A DNA stretch of 60,137 nt, taken from assembly GCA_035513195.1 (NCBI GenBank), contig DATKCM010000082.1, forward strand, positions 1 to 60,137, in the 5' to 3' direction. Within the stretch, counting starts at the first letter, position 1. The number at the start of each line of letters is the position of its first letter. This stretch comes from Acidimicrobiia bacterium. GTDB lineage: Bacteria; Actinomycetota; Acidimicrobiia; Spongiisociales; ZC4RG35. Positions 53,170 to 60,137 of the stretch are shown here, piece after piece. The translations under genes were made by a program, and so were the position numbers. The notes beneath the pieces are model-generated. The model had not been told where the DNA came from, searched no databases, and saw only the letters and a list, made by a program, of their open reading frames with translations.

Positions 53170-54671
53170 TAGCCGGTGGCGCCGTCGGGGGCAGGCGGTC
53201 GGATCTCATCGGTCTGGGTGTTTCCCTCACCATCGGTTGCCCGGACCCGCAAGCGGTGCCGGCCGGGGGCTGGATCCGCCCAGTCGGCTTTCCACTGAAC
53301 CCAGGCGTCATCCGACAGGGGTATTGAAAGCTCGGCTTCACCCCAATCGGCGTCCTCACCGAGCTGAACCTCGACCTTGGAGATCCCCCGGGTCGGAGCC
53401 CACGCGACACCCGCAACGGTCCGCGGTTGGGCTCCGATTGTGGAGCCATTCATGGGCGTGTCGATCCGGCTCTGGGTCTTGATCGGCGCCTCCTTGGCCC
53501 AGCCCCGTGGCACCCAATAGGCGTCGAACTCGTCCCAGCCGGTCAACTCGATCTCACTGAGCCACTTGGTCGCCGAGACATATCCATAGAGCCCGGCGAC
53601 CACGAGTCGGGCCGGAAAGCCGTGCTCGAACGGCAACGGCTCGTCGTTCATACCCACAGCCACCAGGGCATCGCGGCCGTCAAATGCTGCTTCCAGCGGA
53701 AAGCCAACGGTGAAACCGTCGACGTCGCGGCCCACAAGTTGCTCGGCGTCGGCGGCAGGCCGAGCCCGTGTGAGAATGTCGACAAGGGGGACACCAAGCC
53801 ACTTGGCGTTGCCTACCAGGTTCCCCCCCACCTCATTGGAAACACAGGACAGGGTGATCGTCCGTTCGACCATCGGCATGTCCAACAGGTCGGCGTATGT
53901 GATCTCGTAGGGGCGTTCCACCCTTCCGGTCAACTTCAGCCGCCATTCGGGAAGGTTGACCCGGGGAACGGCGAAAGCGGTGTCGATCCGGTAAAAGTCT
54001 TCGTTGGGCACAATCGCCGGGGCCAGACCATCGATACCGAACTCCGCACCTGACGGGACCGGGGGTGCTGCCTCGACCGGGGTCGGAAGCACCACCTCGG
54101 CGCGACCCGCGGCGATGATCCTGCCACGCTCGAGCAACATCCGCCCGAATCCAGCGGAGAGGGCGGCGGCACCAACGACCGCGCCCGTGGCGATGATGAA
54201 GGCCCTGCGTGAGGTGCTGTCCAATTCCGAAACATCCCCGGTTTCGCCGAGCGTGTAGAGCCACTGCAACGCCCCCAGCCCGGTAAGCGCGGCCAGACCG
54301 GCGGGGATGATGGCGACACCTAATGAAACCGCAGGATTGCGGGCTCCCGCCAGCGACGCCAGCACCGCAAAGGCTCCGAAGACGCCCATGGCGATCCAGA
54401 AGTGCTTGCGGGACACGATCCCGACCACAGTCCCGAGCAGCAACGTGACAACCGCAATGCCGATGAGAAGAGCGAGCTTGTCGTTGGTGCCAAAGGTCTC
54501 GATGGCGAAGTCCTTCACGGGAAGTGGCACGATGTCGATGACCCAATTGCCCAGACTCTCGATCAATGAGGGCAGGCTGGCAACGAGGCCAGCGACAAAC
54601 TCGGACACACCCAGGGCGAGTCCTGCCGCAACGGCACCAGCAATCCCATCACGCAGTTTTGTCGAGGTCAC
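53142..54671 (-). CDS. membrane-anchored molybdopterin-dependent oxidoreductase (sulfite-oxidase family)
   Basis: 509 aa. About 5 N-terminal TM helices, then the SO-family Moco domain (TLSCVSNEVGGNLVGNAKWLGVPL, GFPARLVVAGLYGYVSATKWL) and an Ig-like dimerisation domain. GTG start. Confidence 0.8.
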   Translation of the reverse strand: MTSTKLRDGIAGAVAAGLALGVSEFVAGLVASLPSLIESLGNWVIDIVPLPVKDFAIETFGTNDKLALLIGIAVVTLLLGTVVGIVSRKHFWIAMGVFGAFAVLASLAGARNPAVSLGVAIIPAGLAALTGLGALQWLYTLGETGDVSELDSTSRRAFIIATGAVVGAAALSAGFGRMLLERGRIIAAGRAEVVLPTPVEAAPPVPSGAEFGIDGLAPAIVPNEDFYRIDTAFAVPRVNLPEWRLKLTGRVERPYEITYADLLDMPMVERTITLSCVSNEVGGNLVGNAKWLGVPLVDILTRARPAADAEQLVGRDVDGFTVGFPLEAAFDGRDALVAVGMNDEPLPFEHGFPARLVVAGLYGYVSATKWLSEIELTGWDEFDAYWVPRGWAKEAPIKTQSRIDTPMNGSTIGAQPRTVAGVAWAPTRGISKVEVQLGEDADWGEAELSIPLSDDAWVQWKADWADPAPGRHRLRVRATDGEGNTQTDEIRPPAPDGATGYHSVLITVS

Positions 54672-54728
54672 CAGGGTAAGGGTATGGATGCTCCTGCTAA
54701 TACGGGGTAAATCGTGGGAGAGTGAGCC

Positions 54729-55325
54729 TCAGCAGGGCCTGGCGAAGTCGACGCGAGCAGACTCGACCTCGGTCCGGGCGACACATCCCACCAGGTGATC
54801 GTTCACCAAACCCATCGACTGCATGAAGGCATAGGCCGTGGTCGGACCGACGAAGCGGAAACCCCGGCGCTTCAACTCGCCGGCCAGCTCGATTGACTCT
54901 GGAGATGTCGCCCGTCGTGGATCGGAGGCGGCGGCCTCGTATCGCCAGACGAAGGCGGCCAGCGAACCTTCTTCGTCGATCAGCTCGAGAGCACGGCCGG
55001 CGTTGTTGATCGAGGCCTCGATCTTTCCCCGATGCCGGATGATGCTGGAATCCTCGAGCAGACGTTCGACATCCTCGCGGCCCATGGCCGCCACCCTCTC
55101 GATATCGAAGTCATGGAAGGCTGCCCTGAAGGCTGGGCGCTTGCGCAGGATTGTCAGCCAGGAGAGCCCGCTCTGGAAGCCTTCCAGACACAGCTTTTCG
55201 AACAGGCGCTGGTCGTCGGCTACCGGAAATCCCCACTCCCCGTCGTGATAAGCGACGTAATCGTCATGGGCGACGCACCAGCCGCACCTGGGAACCCCGT
55301 CCGGGCCGGGAACCACTTCGAGCAT
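54729..55325 (-). CDS. tag: DNA-3-methyladenine glycosylase I
   Basis: 198 aa. RCGWC..DDYVAYHDGEWGFPV, FEKLCLEGFQSGLSWLTIL, FVGPTTAYAFMQSMGLVNDH. TAGAAT lies at -12..-7 of the ATG. Confidence 0.9.
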   Translation of the reverse strand: MLEVVPGPDGVPRCGWCVAHDDYVAYHDGEWGFPVADDQRLFEKLCLEGFQSGLSWLTILRKRPAFRAAFHDFDIERVAAMGREDVERLLEDSSIIRHRGKIEASINNAGRALELIDEEGSLAAFVWRYEAAASDPRRATSPESIELAGELKRRGFRFVGPTTAYAFMQSMGLVNDHLVGCVARTEVESARVDFARPC

Positions 55326-55391
55326 CGGCCGATTCTATTCCGCTCCTCCGGGGCGGCCCGCGCCGGATCGAATCTCTAAGGTCTCTTCGAC

Positions 55392-56528
55392 ATGGATCGC
55401 CCGGAGTTCACCATCGGAATCGAGGAGGAGTATCTGGTAGTCGACCGCGAGACCCGCGATCTGATCAAGAGCCCACCTGACGTGATCTGGAAGGAACTGG
55501 AGAATATCCTCGGATCGCAGGTGACCCCCGAGTTCCTCAAGGCCCAGATCGAGGTGGGAACCCGGGTCTGCTCTACCGTCGCCGAGGCGCGCGAAGACCT
55601 CACCCGCATGCGGCGCGGCCTGTCGGAGGTGGTCAACGAATACGGGGCGGCGATCATCGCCTCGTCAACCCATCCATTCGCCAACTGGTCAGAACAGGAA
55701 ACAACGGACGACCCCCGCTACAGGAGCCTCGCCGCTGACTACCAACAGGTTGCCCGGCAGCTGGTGATCTGCGGGATGCACGTCCACGTCGGAATCGGTG
55801 ACCCCCACCTCCGGATCGACCTGATGAACCAGGTGAGGTACATGCTCCCGCATATGCTTGCTTTGAGCACCTCATCGCCTTTCTGGGCGGGCCAACCAAC
55901 CGGCCTCCTCGCCTACCGGCTTGTGCTCTTCCAGAACCTGCCTCGGACCGGAGTTCCCGAAGAGTTCGCCTCCTGGGGTGAATACGAGCGAACAGTCGAG
56001 ATCCTCGTCAATGCCGGCCTTATCGAGGATGCCTCCAAGCTGTGGTGGGATATCCGCCCTTCCAGCAGGTACCCGACTCTGGAGATGCGGGTCAGCGACA
56101 TCTGCACCCGCCTCGAGGATGCGATGACCGTCGCCGCGCTGTACCAGTGCCTTCTCGGATTCCTCTACCGGCTGCGCCGGGAGAACCAGCGTTGGCGCAC
56201 CTACTCACCGATGATGATCGAAGAGAACCTGTGGCGGGCCCAGCGGTACGGTGTGGATGGCTCTCTCGTCGACTTTGGCCGCGGAGAGCTTGTCAGGTAC
56301 TCCGACCTCATCGAGGAGTTCATCGAGTTGCTTGCCCAGGACGCAACCGAGTTCGGGGTACGGGAGGAGCTGAGGCACGCCAGGACCATCGCGAGCGAAG
56401 GCACGAGCGCTCACCGGCAGCTGGCGACCTACGAGACGGCTAAGGCGGACGGGGCTGACGACAGGGAAGCTCTGAACCAGGTCGTCGACGAACTGATCGC
56501 AGACACGATGTACGGTTTGGGCCCATGA
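55392..56528 (+). CDS. ybdK: carboxylate-amine ligase, glutamate-cysteine ligase family 2 (YbdK-type)
   Basis: 378 aa. FTIGIEEEYLVVD, AQIEVGT, CGMHVHVG, WWDIRPS..YPTLEMRVSD motifs. Confidence 0.85.
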   Translation: MDRPEFTIGIEEEYLVVDRETRDLIKSPPDVIWKELENILGSQVTPEFLKAQIEVGTRVCSTVAEAREDLTRMRRGLSEVVNEYGAAIIASSTHPFANWSEQETTDDPRYRSLAADYQQVARQLVICGMHVHVGIGDPHLRIDLMNQVRYMLPHMLALSTSSPFWAGQPTGLLAYRLVLFQNLPRTGVPEEFASWGEYERTVEILVNAGLIEDASKLWWDIRPSSRYPTLEMRVSDICTRLEDAMTVAALYQCLLGFLYRLRRENQRWRTYSPMMIEENLWRAQRYGVDGSLVDFGRGELVRYSDLIEEFIELLAQDATEFGVREELRHARTIASEGTSAHRQLATYETAKADGADDREALNQVVDELIADTMYGLGP

Positions 56529-57307
56529 CCTACAAAGTGAGAATCGGAATCCAACTCCAGCCCCAGCACGCCGACTACGCCGGCATCCGGCGCGCTGTCA
56601 TCGAAGCGGAGGAAATGGGGATCGACGTCCTTTTCAACTGGGACCACTTCTTCCCGCTCTCGGGCGACCCCAACGGAAACCACTTCGAGTGCTGGACGAT
56701 GCTCGGCTCCTGGGCAGAGATCACCGAAAGAGTCGAGATCGGTGCCCTCGTCACCTGCAACAGTTACCGCAACCCCGAGCTCCTCGCCGACATGGCCAGG
56801 ACCGTGGATCACGCTTCTGCCGGGCGGCTCATTCTCGGTATCGGGGCAGGCTGGTTCGAGAGAGACTATGACGAGTACGGGTACGAATTCGGAACCGCAG
56901 GATCGCGCCTGGCCGACCTGAAGCAGGCACTGCCTCGCATCGAAGAGCGCTGGTCAAAACTGGTCCCTGCGTCAATGCGCAGGATCCCGATTCTCATCGG
57001 CGGTGGTGGCGAAAAGAAGACCCTGCGCTACACAGCCCGCCATGCTGACATATGGCATGGCTTCGGCGGTGCCGACGTGCTTCGCCACAAGAACACCGTC
57101 CTCGACAAGTGGTGCTCTGAAATCGGCCGCGATCCCTCCGAAATCGAGAGGTCGGTGGGAGCGAATCCCCGGTCGGTTGACAGGGCGGATGGCCTGCACG
57201 ACGCCGGAGCGACACTGATAACACTAAGTGTCGACGGCAGGAGCAACTACGACCTCTCGCCCGTGCCGGAGTGGCTCGCCTGGAGAGACGCCAAGAACAA
57301 CTCGTAG
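56525..57307 (+). CDS. LLM-class F420-dependent (luciferase-like) oxidoreductase
   Basis: 260 aa. RLILGIGAGWFERDYDEYGYEFG and ILIGGGGEKKTLRYTARHAD are typical of the short F420-dependent LLM subgroup. Its ATG overlaps the ybdK stop (ATGA). Confidence 0.75.
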   Translation: MTYKVRIGIQLQPQHADYAGIRRAVIEAEEMGIDVLFNWDHFFPLSGDPNGNHFECWTMLGSWAEITERVEIGALVTCNSYRNPELLADMARTVDHASAGRLILGIGAGWFERDYDEYGYEFGTAGSRLADLKQALPRIEERWSKLVPASMRRIPILIGGGGEKKTLRYTARHADIWHGFGGADVLRHKNTVLDKWCSEIGRDPSEIERSVGANPRSVDRADGLHDAGATLITLSVDGRSNYDLSPVPEWLAWRDAKNNS

Positions 57308-57368
57308 CGCCGGCGCGCTCAAGCCACAACTGCAATATCGAACCGAGTCGTGGCTAAAGTCGACGCTC

Positions 57369-58550
57369 GTGAGCGATCTGTTAACCGCCGCCGCCGAAGC
57401 CCTGGGGACGCCACCGGAATTGGTGAGCCGCTCAGCCGCCGCACGCGCCGAGGCCAACGGCACCACGACGGAGGAGATCCTCGAAGCGTGGGCAGGCGGT
57501 GCTCCCGCAGCAGTCCCGAAGCCTGTGACCGAACCGGCACCGGCTGAAGCCGGCGAGGAGCCGGCGGCGGCCACGGCGCAGCCCGAGGCCGAGCCCGCGG
57601 AGATGCCGCCTCCGACCATCTCTGAGACTGCGGAGCCGGCGGTTCCATACACCGAACCCGAGCCGGCTGAAGAACCCCTCGAGCCAGTGGCCGTCCAGGA
57701 GAGACTCCGCACGACAGGGAGGATTGGCACATGGACTGGCTCGGTCCTCGGGCTGTTCGCATTTGTCATGGCCTCCTCCTCGTGGTCACAAACCGTCAGT
57801 GTCAGCGGAGAAGAGACATTCAGCCCCATATTCGTCGCCGACTCCGGGGCGCTCCTCATCGCAGTCGCCCTGGTCAGCGTGGTCTTTGGAGGATTGGTGG
57901 CCTCATTCGCCCGCGCTGCCGGGAGCTGGGTGAACCCGGGCATGCAACTCCAGTCGCCCAAATCGTCAACTGCATGGATCGGAGGGGCCCTCGGATTAGT
58001 GCTCGGGATCGTGGCCGGGGCAATTCTGGCCAATGCGGTCGGAACCCCGATCGAAGGGACTGAGGGCCTCGTCGAGCTCCCGGTGCTGACAACACTGATC
58101 ATCATGCTGCTTGGAGGAGCCCTGCTCGGAGGGGTCACCACCGTGGTGACCCAATTCTTCGGAGTGCCCGCAAGCGTCGAAGAATCCGATCAAGCCGAGG
58201 TCACAGCAGTCCGGGCCCGGCTCGGCAACGCCATAGGTATCCCCCTCGCCGGGTTGGTGCTACTGGCCCTCCTCGTCCTACCTTTCGCCTGGACGCTGAT
58301 CGAGTCCAATCACCTCACTTCCGGAGGTGCTTCGATCGTCGCGATCATCACCGCGTCGGGGATTCTTGCATTTGCATCCCTTGCCGGTTCCAGACCCAAC
58401 ATGAAGATCGGCCTCGGCGAGTTCCTCATCGCAGTGGCCGGGATCGGGATCGTCGTGCTGATGCTTTTCGCAGTTCTCAACAACCTCGGTGGGTCCGAGG
58501 AGGAAGAGCCAGCCGGCGAAGAAGCCGGCATCGAATTGGTTGTTAATTAA
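57369..58550 (+). CDS. hypothetical polytopic membrane protein with Ala/Pro/Glu-rich N-terminal linker
   Basis: Start trimmed to GTG 57369 (SDLLTAAAEALGTPPELVSRSAAARA...), because upstream codons of ORF 57228.. overlap the LLM gene. About 7 TM helices and an acidic C-terminus. Confidence 0.5.
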   Translation: MSDLLTAAAEALGTPPELVSRSAAARAEANGTTTEEILEAWAGGAPAAVPKPVTEPAPAEAGEEPAAATAQPEAEPAEMPPPTISETAEPAVPYTEPEPAEEPLEPVAVQERLRTTGRIGTWTGSVLGLFAFVMASSSWSQTVSVSGEETFSPIFVADSGALLIAVALVSVVFGGLVASFARAAGSWVNPGMQLQSPKSSTAWIGGALGLVLGIVAGAILANAVGTPIEGTEGLVELPVLTTLIIMLLGGALLGGVTTVVTQFFGVPASVEESDQAEVTAVRARLGNAIGIPLAGLVLLALLVLPFAWTLIESNHLTSGGASIVAIITASGILAFASLAGSRPNMKIGLGEFLIAVAGIGIVVLMLFAVLNNLGGSEEEEPAGEEAGIELVVN

Positions 58551-59508
58551 CCAGTTGGTCCCTGTTCAGCGCGGTGGCGAGGTCTCCGTCGACCAGTACC
58601 GCAGCGACGTTGGCTGCTACTTCCACGGCCACGTGCACCTGCGCCTCCGCCGTTGACGCGCCCAGATGCGGTGTCAACGTCAGCCTCGGGGCATTCCGGA
58701 GCGGAGAGCCTTCACCCAGGGGCTCCTCCTCGTATACATCGAGGGCAGCCCCACCGAGATGGCCCGATTCAAGGGCGTCGGCGAGATCCGACTCCACAAC
58801 CACCCCGCCCCGCGAAGCGTTGATCACGTAGGTGCCCGCCTTCATCATCGAGATCGATTCCCTGTTGATGATCCCCCAGGTCTCATCGGTGAGCGGGACA
58901 TGCAGCGAGATCACGTCGGCGGTATGCACCACCTCGTCGAGGTCGGTTAGCCGGCAACCGATCTCTTCGGCACGGTCTTCCGAAAGGTATGGGTCGTAGA
59001 TGATGACGTCCATCCCGAACGACTGGCACCTGGTAGCCACTTCCCTTCCGATCCGGCCGGCGCCGATCAGTCCCAGACGGCGGCCGAGCAGCTCAGACCC
59101 CTGGAAGCTGGCACGGTCCCATTTCCCGGCCCGCAGCGAGGCGTCGGCTGCCACAACATGACGCATCGTGGCCAGGATCAGGGCCATGGTCATCTCTGCT
59201 GCAGCGATTGTGTTGCCGAAAGGGGCGTTGACCACTGCAATCCCCCGCCGGGTGGCAGCTGGTATGTCGATGTTGTCGACCCCCACCCCGGCCCGGCCAA
59301 TCACCTTGAGATTTGGCGCTCCGGCCAGCATCTCGGTATCGACGGTCGTTGCACTGCGGACGATAAGGGCATCTGCACCGGACAGCGCAGCGACGAAGGA
59401 TTCACTCGCCGAGTCGTGTTCGAATAACACATAGAACCTGTCGTCCCCCACGATGTGGCCGAGCCCCGACTCGGAGACCTTGTCAGTGGCGACCACTGTG
59501 TAGGTCAA
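58543..59508 (-). CDS. serA: D-3-phosphoglycerate dehydrogenase-like D-2-hydroxyacid dehydrogenase
   Basis: Start trimmed to TTG 59508 (TYTVVATDKVS...), which overlaps the upstream stop (TTGA). NAD motif GLIGAGRIGREVA; catalytic region NASRGGVV..ALDVYEEEP..TPHLG. Confidence 0.7.
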   Translation of the reverse strand: MTYTVVATDKVSESGLGHIVGDDRFYVLFEHDSASESFVAALSGADALIVRSATTVDTEMLAGAPNLKVIGRAGVGVDNIDIPAATRRGIAVVNAPFGNTIAAAEMTMALILATMRHVVAADASLRAGKWDRASFQGSELLGRRLGLIGAGRIGREVATRCQSFGMDVIIYDPYLSEDRAEEIGCRLTDLDEVVHTADVISLHVPLTDETWGIINRESISMMKAGTYVINASRGGVVVESDLADALESGHLGGAALDVYEEEPLGEGSPLRNAPRLTLTPHLGASTAEAQVHVAVEVAANVAAVLVDGDLATALNRDQLVN

Positions 59509-60137
59509 GTGAGGGCCCCTGCGACCACGTCGAGCAGGGCATTCAGCTCCTCGACGGTGTGATCGCCCATGTGACCGATCCGGAAAGTTGCATCGGAGAT
59601 CTTCCCGTAGCCACCGCCGATAACCCACCCGGCGTCCCTGACCCGACTGACCACCTCAGGGGCGCCCTCGCCGCCGGGCATGGTGATGCAGGTGACCGTC
59701 GGCGAGCGGTGGCCCTCCGCTGCGAATATGCCGACATCGATACCGGCATCATTCATCTCCCGAACCCATTCGAATGTTCTGTTTTGCATGGCCAGATGTC
59801 GTTTCCACCTGGCCTCCATTCCCTCCCGGGCAATTCGCTCCAACTGCGTCTGCAAGGCGTAGAGCAGCGAGACCGCAGGCGTCGCCGGGCTCTGGTATTT
59901 GACTCCCAGAGCCATCAGCTCGATGAGATCGAAGTACCAGCCTTTATGGGTCGCCTGCGCCGAGCGCTCCATCAGCGCCTCCGAGGCCACACCGAAGGCA
60001 AGCCCCGGGGGGAGGGCCACAGCCTTTTGCGAGCCGGTGAGGATGAAATCGGGCCCCCACTCGTCGGTGTGGGTTTCAGCCCCACCGATCCCGGTCACCG
60101 AGTCGACCAGAAGCAGTGTTCCCTCATACCTCCCGAC
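59505..60137 (-). CDS. class V PLP aminotransferase (serine-glyoxylate / phosphoserine aminotransferase type), 5'-truncated by the window edge
   Basis: C-terminal ~210 aa are visible. PLP-lysine motif LTGSQKAVALPPGLAF. The frame stays open to the window end. It is coupled to the serA-like gene. Confidence 0.7.
   Translation of the reverse strand, partial: VGRYEGTLLLVDSVTGIGGAETHTDEWGPDFILTGSQKAVALPPGLAFGVASEALMERSAQATHKGWYFDLIELMALGVKYQSPATPAVSLLYALQTQLERIAREGMEARWKRHLAMQNRTFEWVREMNDAGIDVGIFAAEGHRSPTVTCITMPGGEGAPEVVSRVRDAGWVIGGGYGKISDATFRIGHMGDHTVEELNALLDVVAGALT

Noticed and set aside
1-60137. Search for CRISPR arrays, rRNA/tRNA genes, IS elements, integrases, prophage or toxin-antitoxin modules.
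   Set aside because: I saw no regularly spaced direct repeats, no rRNA- or tRNA-like conserved blocks, and no transposase, integrase or phage structural motifs in any of the translated ORFs.

Overview
High-G+C, densely packed bacterial chromosomal segment with about 57 protein-coding genes on both strands and many 1-4 nt start/stop overlaps. I saw no rRNA, tRNA, CRISPR array, transposase, integrase or prophage genes. Several signals suggest Actinomycetota, but this is inference only: an F420-type LLM oxidoreductase, menaquinone genes, class II Fba, many apparently leaderless genes, and RecA-NDp-like promoter motifs. Most content is housekeeping: an aromatic meta-cleavage module, aspC, gpsA, ychF, gcvP behind a glycine riboswitch, manC-cytochrome c-menC-menD, menF, murI, fba, nhaA, tag, and serine-pathway genes. 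The most unusual locus is 21.4-27.6 kb. It is a complete archaeal-style herA-mre11(sbcD)-rad50(sbcC)-nurA DNA-end-resection operon. Two near-identical copies of a TCTGTCA-N11-TACGNT motif sit in front of herA and of mre11, and they resemble the actinobacterial PafBC/RecA-NDp DNA-damage promoter. Other points worth a second look: a GT78-like mannosylglycerate synthase; tandem dynamin-like GTPases followed by an MscS channel; an ECF sigma/anti-sigma pair broken by two single-base deletions; two probable CTG starts at CTGA overlaps; a structured, repeat-containing 400-bp intergenic region upstream of fba; a small-TM/methyltransferase/sulfatase-like envelope operon; and several small or low-complexity proteins. 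All family assignments come from motif reading of the supplied translations. No database search was run.
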